DNA of 64,000 nt from Sphingomonadaceae bacterium (GTDB taxonomy: Bacteria > Chloroflexota > UBA6077). The stretch is taken from NCBI GenBank assembly GCA_050261575.1, contig JBLNDL010000067.1, positions 1-64,000 on the forward strand, given 5' to 3'. Below, one piece after another: positions 50,659 to 59,442 of the stretch; within the stretch, counting starts at the first letter, position 1; the number at the start of each line of letters is the position of its first letter. A model generated the notes under the pieces. That model was not told the origin of the DNA. It ran no database searches and saw nothing but the letters and a program-made list of their open reading frames with translations. The position numbers were made by a program, and so were the translations under genes.

Positions 50659-51165
50659 TCAGTTGGGGATGTCCGAGGCCTTATCCGTGCACCGTGTGAA
50701 CCTCCATTGCATCCACAACAGTACCCCCCCCAACGCCAATAGAGATAGCGCCGACGGCCACACAAGATGATATCCAATGTCCGGCTCTGGCCTGGGCTGT
50801 GGCAGCCAGAGGTACGGTAAGACATTCGTCCCCGCAGCGAGTGGGATCCCAACGAACACGAATCCCAGGTTGGCTGCCGCGAATGTCCAGGGTATTCGGG
50901 TGCGATTGGCTGAGAATACCATCCTGGTAAGGAACAGCCCCACGCTGATCGTCACCAGCAAGCCCGCGAACATGATGGCTCCGGGCTCTTCCTCGAAGAA
51001 GTCATTGAGGGTCCGTTCGATTGTCCCTAGTGCCGGCCGATTTAGCCTTACGTCCCAGGGCGCCATCCACGCTTCAGTGATTCCCGCAACGGCTACGAAC
51101 AACAGCATCCATGTGCCAATCAGTGCCCCTATCCCGACAACTACGACCAAGTGGCTAGACCTCAC
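50659..51165 (-). CDS. Hypothetical 4-TM membrane protein (candidate immunity or partner protein)
   Basis: Four hydrophobic segments; GGAGGGAGG SD on the minus strand upstream of GTG. Confidence 0.65.
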   Translation of the reverse strand: MRSSHLVVVVGIGALIGTWMLLFVAVAGITEAWMAPWDVRLNRPALGTIERTLNDFFEEEPGAIMFAGLLVTISVGLFLTRMVFSANRTRIPWTFAAANLGFVFVGIPLAAGTNVLPYLWLPQPRPEPDIGYHLVWPSALSLLALGGVLLWMQWRFTRCTDKASDIPN

Positions 51166-51343
51166 TAGTGCCTCCCTCCATTTCGCATCGTGTCAGCGCC
51201 CGGTGATCTCCAGTAACCCACAGCCGATCTACACAGACCGCCTATCTGTGACAGCGTTTGCGCTCCTGAATAGAAGGACTCGCAACGTCAGTGGCACAGC
51301 AGGGGCAGCACTATGCTCAACAGGAATACGGAGACGGGACAGC

Positions 51344-51382
51344 GGCTGGCTGGGCGGAGCGTGCCGCTCCGCCCAGCCAGCC
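51344..51382. terminator. Perfect 18-bp GC-rich stem-loop just after the secreted-protein gene
   Basis: ggctggctgggcggagcg-tgc-cgctccgcccagccagcc; no U-tract, so it may be an mRNA-stabilising hairpin. Confidence 0.6.
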
Positions 51383-51395
51383 TCGAGGCATTCAA

Positions 51396-52067
51396 CTACC
51401 AGAGATACAGCCCGCTCGTTATTCTGTCCATGCCACCGGCTAGCCTGGACCCCAAGTCTCCAATCACCATGCGCATCCAGTCGTATGAACTGGTGAACCC
51501 GCTCAGATCGGATTGGTAGGCGGCCATCAGGCCATTCAGCACTATGGCATCGTCGCTGTACCAGTTGATGAGACTCACGTCCGACCAGGAGAAGGGGATA
51601 TGGTCCACGTAGTCGACATCGCTCGGGTCTCCGTCGGCGTTGGAGTCCTGATACCAATAGCTACCGTAACCACGCGGGCTGTAGCCGTCATAGGAAGCCA
51701 GAAGAATCGATCCGCTCCAGGGCAGTGGGGTGGAGTCGGTGGTTGCCGGAGCAGGTGCAGTCCCGGACTTCGACTGCTTGATCCTGGCCTTGAGCTCCGC
51801 CACGTCCTTCGCCGACATGCCGGCTTTGGCGGCGGTCTTGTCAAGGAGAACATCCTTCTCCGCCGCGCTCAGCCTCGCGTGAAAGGCCACGACCTCTGCG
51901 GAGGAGACCTTCCCTGCGTACACGCCATCTACAAATGACTGGATTTCCTCGGATGTTACCTTTGACTGGTCGGCGGCTTGGGACTCGAACCCCAGAACTG
52001 TCCCCGGGAGCAACGCGACGATCACGGCTATCCCTGTGAGCATCGATGCCAGTCTTACCTTGCCCAC
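51396..52067 (-). CDS. Secreted hypothetical protein (signal peptide, helical region, P/T linker, aromatic/acidic C-terminal domain)
   Basis: GAGGAGGAG SD; MGKVRLASMLTGIAVIVALLPGTVLG signal-like N-terminus. Confidence 0.75.
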   Translation of the reverse strand: MGKVRLASMLTGIAVIVALLPGTVLGFESQAADQSKVTSEEIQSFVDGVYAGKVSSAEVVAFHARLSAAEKDVLLDKTAAKAGMSAKDVAELKARIKQSKSGTAPAPATTDSTPLPWSGSILLASYDGYSPRGYGSYWYQDSNADGDPSDVDYVDHIPFSWSDVSLINWYSDDAIVLNGLMAAYQSDLSGFTSSYDWMRMVIGDLGSRLAGGMDRITSGLYLW

Positions 52068-52117
52068 TGTGACTCCTCCTCACTTCCGTGCTCACCATCT
52101 GGATTGGTGGCACGGTG

Positions 52118-52165
52118 AGTATCGTGGTCCTGTCGCCGGCATGTCACCGGGGAAACCCCTAGTCT
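52118..52165 (-). promoter_or_regulatory. Putative activator-dependent promoter: box AAGACTAGGGTTTCCCCG abutting GTGACA-N18-GATACT
   Basis: The box matches the 46291 palindrome at 16 of 17 positions over GGG(A/G)AAACCCTAGTCTT. -35 at 52147-52142, -10 at 52123-52118. Confidence 0.55.
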
Positions 52166-52189
52166 TGGCTCGTGGTAGGGGAACACAGC

Positions 52190-53443
52190 CTACAGCTTCA
52201 AGAAATGCCCGTAGTGCAGACGGTGCTCGATGACGTGGTCCTTCAATGGCTGCACCGGCATGCGCTCGCGGATCATCTGCCGGTACAGGCCGGCACGGCT
52301 TATGTCACCCACCAACACCACGCCCACCAGCCGAGTCGCACCGTTTGCCCCGCCGAAGACCATCTTGCGATAGCTGTGCCCGGTACGCACCACGTGAGTC
52401 TCCAGCCCTTTGCCCGCGGTGTGTACGATGCCCATGGAGACGAATGGGACCTCCGCCACCTGGGTTGCGTTGAGAATCCCAAAGGTGCCCGCGTAGGCCG
52501 TGGGCCGGCCGGCCATGTTTCGACCGGCGCATCGGCCCATCTCCACCGCATTGGTCCAGAGTGCCGTCACGATCGGTGCACTAGTGATGGAGTCGAAGGT
52601 GACGGCCACGTCGCCAGCCGCGTAGACGTCGGGCACGTTGGTGGCGGTGCGGTCGTCGACCACCACACCGCCGTCCACCCGAACGCCGCTGCCGGCCAGG
52701 AACCCCACGTTGGGCCGCACCCCCTTCCCTATGCACACCATCTGGCAGGCCAGGCGCTCGCCCGTGTCCAGCAGCACGCCGGCCACGCCGTTCGGCCCCG
52801 ACAGAATCTGAGTCACGTTGCGGCCGGTGAGGACGCGCAGCCCCGCTCGGGTGAGGGCATCCCGCACCAAGGCCGCGCCCTCCGGCTCCATGATCTGAGA
52901 TAGCACCTCCGGAGACGCGACCACCATCGTTACCCGAACACCCCGCTCCAGCAGGGCGAAGGCCGTCTTCAGGTTCAGCATCCCGCCGCCGATCAACACC
53001 GCATCTTGGGTGATCGATGCCCGCTGCGCCATCAGCCGGGCGTCGGCCAGCGTGCGCAGGGCGAAGACGCCCGGTACCTCGGTCCCCCGAAGCGAGGGCG
53101 GCAGATTGGGACGGCTGCCGGTGGCGATCAGCAGCCTATCGTAGGGCACCGCCTCTGTCCCCTTCACCGTTACAGTGCGATCGGCAGGGTTCACGGCGGT
53201 GACCTCGGCGCTCAGCCTCACCTCGATGTCCTGCGCCGTGTACGGGCCCTGTCCCTCCAGGGCCATTTCCTCCGCTCTCTTCTTCCCATCCACCAGAAAG
53301 GGAATGAGGGGCCGAAAGTAGGGTCTGTCCGCCTCGGCCGACAGCACGGTGATGGAGCCCTCGCCATCCAGCTCACGGATCGCCTGGGCCGCCGCCATCC
53401 CGGCGGCGCTACCACCGACGATGACGTATCGCCTGGGCGACAT
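52190..53443 (-). CDS. FAD/NAD(P)-dependent oxidoreductase (CODH-associated FNOR type)
   Basis: IVGGSAAG, LLIATGS, TNVPDVYAAGD; downstream of cooS-cooF. Confidence 0.88.
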   Translation of the reverse strand: MSPRRYVIVGGSAAGMAAAQAIRELDGEGSITVLSAEADRPYFRPLIPFLVDGKKRAEEMALEGQGPYTAQDIEVRLSAEVTAVNPADRTVTVKGTEAVPYDRLLIATGSRPNLPPSLRGTEVPGVFALRTLADARLMAQRASITQDAVLIGGGMLNLKTAFALLERGVRVTMVVASPEVLSQIMEPEGAALVRDALTRAGLRVLTGRNVTQILSGPNGVAGVLLDTGERLACQMVCIGKGVRPNVGFLAGSGVRVDGGVVVDDRTATNVPDVYAAGDVAVTFDSITSAPIVTALWTNAVEMGRCAGRNMAGRPTAYAGTFGILNATQVAEVPFVSMGIVHTAGKGLETHVVRTGHSYRKMVFGGANGATRLVGVVLVGDISRAGLYRQMIRERMPVQPLKDHVIEHRLHYGHFLKL

Positions 53444-53446
53444 CCG

Positions 53447-53953
53447 TCACCCCCTTTCCCCCGCCACTACCCCCGCCGCGGCAGCCTGCCTCGCCTCAGC
53501 CGAGAATCCCGGGACCGTGCGATACACCAGCGCCCCAGTGGGGCATGCGGAGACGCAGGCCGGCTCCTCCCGGTCGGGACATCGATCGCAGCGGTAGGAC
53601 TTGCGGGTCTCCAGATGGCGGCCGATCACCCCGTAGGGACAGACCATCACACAGGTCCAGCAACCGATACACTTGTCGGTCTCGGTAAGGACTACCCCGT
53701 CCGCCGTACGGCGAATGGCGCCGCTGATACAGGCGTGCATGCAGGGGGCGTCCTCGCAGTGGCGACACACCACGGGGACCTTGTGGCGCGGCGCAACCCA
53801 CTCCACCCACACCCGCGACACGGGACGGGGATGCTCACCCAAAGCCACAAAGAGGCTCTTGCCCCGGGAGTGCTCCACGGCGCAGGCCAGTTCGCAGGTG
53901 TGGCACCCCTGGCAGCGGTCCGGACGCACGAAGATCTCTCTCGGTTGAGACAT
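53447..53953 (-). CDS. cooF: CooF-type 4Fe-4S dicluster electron-transfer protein
   Basis: CQGCHTCELAC, CRHCEDAPCMHAC, CIGCWTCVMVCP, CDRC...CVSACP. Confidence 0.85.
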   Translation of the reverse strand: MSQPREIFVRPDRCQGCHTCELACAVEHSRGKSLFVALGEHPRPVSRVWVEWVAPRHKVPVVCRHCEDAPCMHACISGAIRRTADGVVLTETDKCIGCWTCVMVCPYGVIGRHLETRKSYRCDRCPDREEPACVSACPTGALVYRTVPGFSAEARQAAAAGVVAGERG

Positions 53954-53965
53954 CGAAGCCACCCC

Positions 53966-55867
53966 CTAGTTGAGACCGAGGCCAGACCGGCGCTCGTCGA
54001 TGGCGGCCAGCAGCTTCTCGGCCGCCGACGCGGGATCCAAGTCCACGATGAAGTAGCCTCCGGTCAATCCCTTGACCTTGTCCGTCAGCACATGTGTCAC
54101 CAGAGGCCCGCCCAGGACGGGCACCATCACTCCAACGTGGGTCGGCAGCCCCGCCGCCACCGCCCACGTCCCGATGGATACTGCCTTCTCGTGCATAGCT
54201 TCGGGCGCCGAGGCCACCACCGGCAGCTTGTCGATGTCCACACCCAGGCGGTTCGCCACAGCCACGGCCACGGCCACCGCCCGAGTGTTGTCCACGCAGG
54301 AACCCAGGTGGAGGACGGGCGGGAGCGGGCCGGAGAGACCGTTGGCCTCTCCGATGGCCGTCAGCACCGCCTTCAAACCATCCCCGCAGAGGGAGCCTAC
54401 GTTGACCGGATCCATGAAGCCGTGCCGCATCAGCGACCCAGCACCGCATCCTGTCGCGAGCACCAGGACGTTCGCCTTCAGCAGCCTACGGGCGATGGTG
54501 GTGAAGCCGCTATCCTGTGGCACGGTCACGTTGTTGCATCCGGCGAACAGGCAAACGCCTCGGATGTTCCCAGCCACGATGTTGTCGATCAGGGGCTTCA
54601 GAGGATCTGCGGCATCCAGCTTGGCCAGGGCGCCCACGATCGCCTCGGTGGAGAACCCTGCAACCACCTTGCTCTTGAAAGCGGGGATGTCCACCGGCTT
54701 TCCCCGCCTTCGCGCGAAGTTCCCGATGGCCAGACGCAGGATCTGCCTGGCGTTCTCGACAGCCGTCTCCTCAGAGAAGGCCACGTGCTGCGCGCCCGGA
54801 ATCTTCGCCATCTCCATGGTGGTGACGACCGTGGTCCCCATGCACTCGGCGAGGTTCGCCATGGTAGGCTGGATGCACTGGTAATCGACCACCACGGCAT
54901 CGACGGCGCCAGTCATGAGCGCCATCTCCTGGCTCACCGAGTGGGTGCAGGCGGGGATGCCGTGGCGCATCATCACCTCGTTGCCGGTGCAGCAGATGCC
55001 CACCACGTTCACGCCGGTTGCCCCCGCGGCCTGCGCCTCCTCCCGCATCTGCCCGGCAACCGCCACTATGACGTCCGAGAGCACCGGGTTGTGCCCGTGG
55101 ACCGCCACGTTCACGGCGTCGGCCTTGAGGGTCCCCAGGTTGGCCTCGGTAACCACGGGGCTGGGAGTGCCGAAGAGGATGTCCGCCAACTCCATCCCCA
55201 TGTAGCATCCGGCCATGTCGCCCACCGCGCACCGCATGCCCGCTAGCAGCAGGTTGACCGGATCTGCATCGCAACCCATGGCCGTCCGATGCAGGATTCC
55301 GGCTATCTCGTGATCGATCCCAGCGGGCACGATGCCGAGATCGGATAGCACCTTCACTCGACCGGGGGTGACGGTGGTGGCAGCCCATTGGACGGGGGTG
55401 TCCTTCTCGTGGAAGTCGGCCAGGGCAGCCTCGGCGACGTCCAGGGCAACCTCGCCGTCGGAACGCCCATCCACCGGTATGCCGAGGCGAGCGGCGACGG
55501 CGCGCAGCTTGGCGGGGTCCTTGATGCGGTAGTCCGGCGCCTTGCCCGTGGCTGCCTTCCTCAAGGTGTGGGCGAGATGCTTGGCGTGGCCGGAGTGGGC
55601 GGCCGCCCCGGCGGCGATGGCCCGATCCAGCCCCCGGGCCACGATGGTGTCGGCGGACGCACCGCAGATGCCCACCTGGGGCGCCTCGCCGAAGGGGTTG
55701 ATCCGGCAGGGACCCTGCAGGCAGTGTCTGCAGCACAGTCCCGTCTCGCCGAACCCACACTGGGGTAGCATCGCCTGATAGCGTTCCCAGACCGTGTCGA
55801 TGCCTGCTCGTTGCGCCTTCTGGATCATCTGCTGGATCGCGGGGTCGAGGCTCTTGTTCTCCAACAA
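53966..55867 (-). CDS. cooS: Anaerobic Ni,Fe carbon monoxide dehydrogenase catalytic subunit
   Basis: CGFGETGLCCRHCLQGPC (D/B clusters); HGHNP, ICCTGNE, DYQCI, AGCNN, TGCG, GSCVDN (C cluster), HEKA; TTG start with GGAGGT SD. Confidence 0.95.
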   Translation of the reverse strand: MLENKSLDPAIQQMIQKAQRAGIDTVWERYQAMLPQCGFGETGLCCRHCLQGPCRINPFGEAPQVGICGASADTIVARGLDRAIAAGAAAHSGHAKHLAHTLRKAATGKAPDYRIKDPAKLRAVAARLGIPVDGRSDGEVALDVAEAALADFHEKDTPVQWAATTVTPGRVKVLSDLGIVPAGIDHEIAGILHRTAMGCDADPVNLLLAGMRCAVGDMAGCYMGMELADILFGTPSPVVTEANLGTLKADAVNVAVHGHNPVLSDVIVAVAGQMREEAQAAGATGVNVVGICCTGNEVMMRHGIPACTHSVSQEMALMTGAVDAVVVDYQCIQPTMANLAECMGTTVVTTMEMAKIPGAQHVAFSEETAVENARQILRLAIGNFARRRGKPVDIPAFKSKVVAGFSTEAIVGALAKLDAADPLKPLIDNIVAGNIRGVCLFAGCNNVTVPQDSGFTTIARRLLKANVLVLATGCGAGSLMRHGFMDPVNVGSLCGDGLKAVLTAIGEANGLSGPLPPVLHLGSCVDNTRAVAVAVAVANRLGVDIDKLPVVASAPEAMHEKAVSIGTWAVAAGLPTHVGVMVPVLGGPLVTHVLTDKVKGLTGGYFIVDLDPASAAEKLLAAIDERRSGLGLN

Positions 55868-56456
55868 CTGTCCACCTCCCTCTATGCTGCACCCTGCACG
55901 ATAGAGCACCGACGATGGGACACCAGTTGCCGTTGACTCCGCAAGCGATTGAACCTTAAGGAGACGAGGGCTACGGGTGGAGACGCACCGGAGGCGGCTC
56001 GCCTCCACGATACGGGCATGTGAGCGCCGCTCTGGCGCTTCCTAATATGCAGCGCTGCGAGCCGCGCTCCGATTCAGGCGAGGGCAAGATGCGCCGTGAA
56101 GTGGCGCGGAAGGCGATTCTCTCGGGTGGATCCATGGGTCCCTGCATCCCCTCGACACCTCCTGCGATGGGATCGGGCACGGTCTCCACATGCCGACGGG
56201 GCGAACGAGAACACTGGATCGATGCTAGTGGATTGCTGGGAGAACTGTCAATGGAGACTGCGGGAAACGCCCCAGTCTGCTCCAATCGTCGTCCCACTAC
56301 TCGAAATCCGGTGTGACATACGGTGACTCGATGGCCCGGCTGCCCGACAGCCTCTGGAGGCTGCTGGAGGGCGGGCTCCCTCCCCCGCCAGACCGGGCCC
56401 CCCTGAAGAACGAGGGCCCCTCCGGCTCGATGCACCCCCCGCAGCTTACCTCGCCC

Positions 56457-57836
56457 TCACCCCGGCAGCAGCTTGCCGGGGTTAAGCAGCCCCTCGGGGT
56501 CGAATACCCGCTTCAACTGCCGCATGAGATTCAGCTCCAAATCGCCGAACAGCAGCGGCATGTAGTCCCGCTTCTCCAGCCCGATGCCGTGCTCCCCCGT
56601 CAGGGTGCCCCCCATCTCCACACTCAACTCCACGATCTCCCGATCGGCCCTGCGCACCCGCTCCATCTCCTCCGGGTCCTCTGTGTCGTACACGACCAGC
56701 GGGTGGAGGTTGCCGTCGCCGGCATGCGCCGCGGTTCCGATGGTGAGGCCGTACCGCTGCGCGATCTCCCTCACCTTATGTAACGTCTCGGCCAGCCTGG
56801 TCCTTGGGACCGTCGTGTCGTGGATGGAGGAACCGGGGGCTAGGGACACGAGGGCGCTGTAGGCCGCTCGCCGCCCCATCCAGAGCTGGTTCCGCTCGGC
56901 CTCCGTCCTCGCCACCCGAACGTCGCGAGCGTGGTGGCTCCTGCAGATCTCCACGATGCGCTCGGCCTGGCGATCCTGCCCCTCAGCCAGGCCGTCCAGT
57001 TCGATCAGCAGCACCCCCTCCGCATCCACCGGATACCCGGCGCTGGCGCCGCTGGCCTCTATCGCCTCCACGATGGTCCGATCCATGATCTCCAGCGTCG
57101 CCGGAACGATCCCCTCGGCTATCATCTCCGACACGGCGTCCCCAGCATCCTCCAGCCGGCCGAAGATCGCTAGCATCGTCTTGATCGCCTCGGGAGCCCG
57201 CATCAACCTCAGCGCCATGGAGGTCACGACGCCCAGCGTTCCCTCGGAGCCCACCAGCAGTCCGGTCAGGTCGTATCCGGGGGTATCCTCCACCAGACCG
57301 CCGGTGTGCACCACCCGCCCATCGGCCAGCACCACCTCCAGGCCGATCACGTGGTCGGAGGTGATCCCGTACTTCAAGCAGTGGGGTCCGCCTGCGTTCT
57401 CCCCGACGTTGCCGCCGAGCGTCGAGACCTTCTGGCTGGAGGGGTCCGGAGCGAACAGGTAGCCGACGGGGGCCAGGGCGTTCTGGAGGTCCAGGTTCAC
57501 GACGCCCGCCTCCACCACGGCCCGCTCGCTGGCCACGTCGATCTCCAGGATCCGGCTCATGCGTGTGCACACCAGCACCACGCCGCCCGCTTGCGGCACG
57601 GTGCCACCCGACAGGTTGGTGCCGGCCCCCCGCACCACCACTGGAATCCCCTTCCGATGGGCGATCCGCACTACCGCAGCCGCCTCGGCGGCATCCGCTG
57701 GGAAGACCACAGCCAAAGGCTCGGTCTCCCCTCCAGTGGCGTCGTACCGGTAGACCAGCCGGTCCCGCAGGCCGGCGAATAGCCCCTCCCGCCCGACTAC
57801 TCGGGTCAACTCCTCCAAGAGGTCGCTTCTATCCAT
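56457..57836 (-). CDS. FAD-linked oxidase, GlcD/D-2-hydroxyacid dehydrogenase family
   Basis: RGAGTNLSGG, PDPSSQ..STLGGNVGENAGGPHCLKYG, HAGDGNLHP, GEHGIGLEK, LNPGK. Confidence 0.9.
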   Translation of the reverse strand: MDRSDLLEELTRVVGREGLFAGLRDRLVYRYDATGGETEPLAVVFPADAAEAAAVVRIAHRKGIPVVVRGAGTNLSGGTVPQAGGVVLVCTRMSRILEIDVASERAVVEAGVVNLDLQNALAPVGYLFAPDPSSQKVSTLGGNVGENAGGPHCLKYGITSDHVIGLEVVLADGRVVHTGGLVEDTPGYDLTGLLVGSEGTLGVVTSMALRLMRAPEAIKTMLAIFGRLEDAGDAVSEMIAEGIVPATLEIMDRTIVEAIEASGASAGYPVDAEGVLLIELDGLAEGQDRQAERIVEICRSHHARDVRVARTEAERNQLWMGRRAAYSALVSLAPGSSIHDTTVPRTRLAETLHKVREIAQRYGLTIGTAAHAGDGNLHPLVVYDTEDPEEMERVRRADREIVELSVEMGGTLTGEHGIGLEKRDYMPLLFGDLELNLMRQLKRVFDPEGLLNPGKLLPG

Positions 57837-57922
57837 TGGCCTCCCCAGAACATCATCGGTCACCCCGGCTGCAGACTGCCACGGTCTGGGACGAGAGCGT
57901 CCCCTCTTCCGAGGGGACGGCC

Positions 57923-57998
57923 AACCGCGAAGGCACCGAGGCACGAAGAAGCGCGAAGACCACTCGGGCCACCTCAGTGTCATTGTGTCTTCGTGGTT
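57923..57998. repeat. Nonamer-based imperfect inverted repeat element
   Basis: aaccgcgaag-gcaccgag-gcacgaag ... tgtgtcttcgtggtt. Confidence 0.5.
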
Positions 57999-58077
57999 CG
58001 GCGCCTCGGCGCACGCGAAAGGGTTCAGCCGTGGCGCTCTCGGGGCAACGAGATTGTACAACGATTCGCCCCCCAGG

Positions 58078-58243
58078 GCACCGAACGCGTGATGCACGAT
58101 GCCACGCGATGCCTTCAGAGCCCGCGGGCGGCTGTAGGGCGGACCTGCACGCCCGCCCAACCCGGGTGCGGGTAGCGAGGGCGCACACCCAGCGTGACGC
58201 TAGCGGGCACGTGAGGCGAGCGAGCGCGGCCTCACGTGCCCGC
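58078..58243 (-). repeat. About 150-bp dispersed repeat, copy 2, with a GTAG-REP core and a 15-bp perfect hairpin
   Basis: Inverted copy of 43783-43935; GTAGggcggacctgcacgcccgccc; gcgggcacgtgaggc-N11-gcctcacgtgcccgc (58203-58243). Confidence 0.85.
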
Positions 58244-58374
58244 CCCCTACGAAAGAGCCGGTGATGCCGATGTGCACCGCGGGCACTGAGGCTATGGCCG
58301 GCACTGGGAGAACTGGCGCATTTCTTGCTGTAGGCACTACTACTAGGAAGCCCCATCATCACCACCCCTAGTCC

Positions 58375-59430
58375 GTGAGGAGAAGAGACTTGCCCAGAGT
58401 CGAGCCGAGCGCCGCCACCATCTCGCTGGCGATCACCGTCGCCCTGGCGATCCTGATCTACCTCGGTTCGCGCGGCCTGCGCTACTTTGACTCCGCCCTG
58501 ATCGGCTACGCCGTCGCCTCAGTCTTCGCGCTGCTCGGCATCAGCTATCGCTTCCTGCAGTGGCTCTCACGCCCCCCAACCCGTCTGTACTGGTTGCGAG
58601 GCTGGCAGCTATTCCTCTCGTGGGAGAACTTCCGGCGCTTCGGGGGGCTGATCCCACGCGTGCTGTGGCAGAACCAAGCCACCCAGAGCTTCATCCGCCC
58701 CCGCCCCGGTGGCATCTCCCGATGGATCGGTCACCTGAGCCTCTTCTGGGGGGTGGTCCTCTCCGGTCTAATCACCTTCCCCCTGGTTTTCGGGTGGCTG
58801 GTGCTCCGCTCCCCCGGCGGCAGCCTGTACCAGTTGTACTTCTTCGGCTTCCCCACCTTCGTCTTCGAGCCGCGCTCCCTCTTCGGCTGGGTCTTCATCC
58901 ATGCACTGGACTTCACGGCTCTGATGGTCCTGCTGGGGGTTGGCCTGGCGCTACGGCGCCGCTGGCGCGACCGAGAGGTGATAGCCGAGCAGAGCTTCGG
59001 CTTCGACTTCGTGCCGCTGCTGCTGCTGGCTGCCATCTCCATCAGCGGCCTTCTGCTCACCGCCAACAGCCTCTTCTGGGAGGGGCGGTTCTACTGGTTC
59101 GTGTCCCTGGCCCATCAAGCTGTGGTCGTCCTCGGCATCCTGTACATACCGTTCGGCAAGTTCTTCCACATCCTGGAGCGGCCCGCCAGCATCGGCATCG
59201 AGCTGTACCGGGCCGTGGCCGGGCGCGTCGGCGGCGCCCGTTGCGCTCGCTGTGGCCGGGAGTTCGCCTCCAGGCTCTTCGTCGGCGACCTGATACAGAC
59301 CCTGCGCGATCTGAACCAGGACTACGCCATGGAGCCAGACGGACGGCACCTCCAGGAGTACTGCCCGGAATGCAAACGAATCCTCCGCGCCAACAGCTAC
59401 TTCTCCCGAGTCCACAGGGGATTCCTGTAG
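58375..59430 (+). CDS. Membrane protein resembling NarI/HdrE-type cytochrome b, with C-terminal CxxC...CxxC
   Basis: About 7 TM segments; His residues in RWIGHLSL, FIHALDF, SLAHQAVV, PFGKFFHI; CARC and CPEC. Confidence 0.65.
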   Translation: MRRRDLPRVEPSAATISLAITVALAILIYLGSRGLRYFDSALIGYAVASVFALLGISYRFLQWLSRPPTRLYWLRGWQLFLSWENFRRFGGLIPRVLWQNQATQSFIRPRPGGISRWIGHLSLFWGVVLSGLITFPLVFGWLVLRSPGGSLYQLYFFGFPTFVFEPRSLFGWVFIHALDFTALMVLLGVGLALRRRWRDREVIAEQSFGFDFVPLLLLAAISISGLLLTANSLFWEGRFYWFVSLAHQAVVVLGILYIPFGKFFHILERPASIGIELYRAVAGRVGGARCARCGREFASRLFVGDLIQTLRDLNQDYAMEPDGRHLQEYCPECKRILRANSYFSRVHRGFL

Positions 59431-59442
59431 AGGTCGCAATCG

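Noticed and set aside
53006..55246. 746-aa plus-strand ORF
   Set aside because: Antisense shadow of cooS-cooF-FNOR in high-GC DNA, with no recognisable motifs.
55880..56450. CooA/CRP-type site or small gene upstream of cooS
   Set aside because: Only half-sites (tgtca, tgtga) without matching partners; the ORFs there look spurious.
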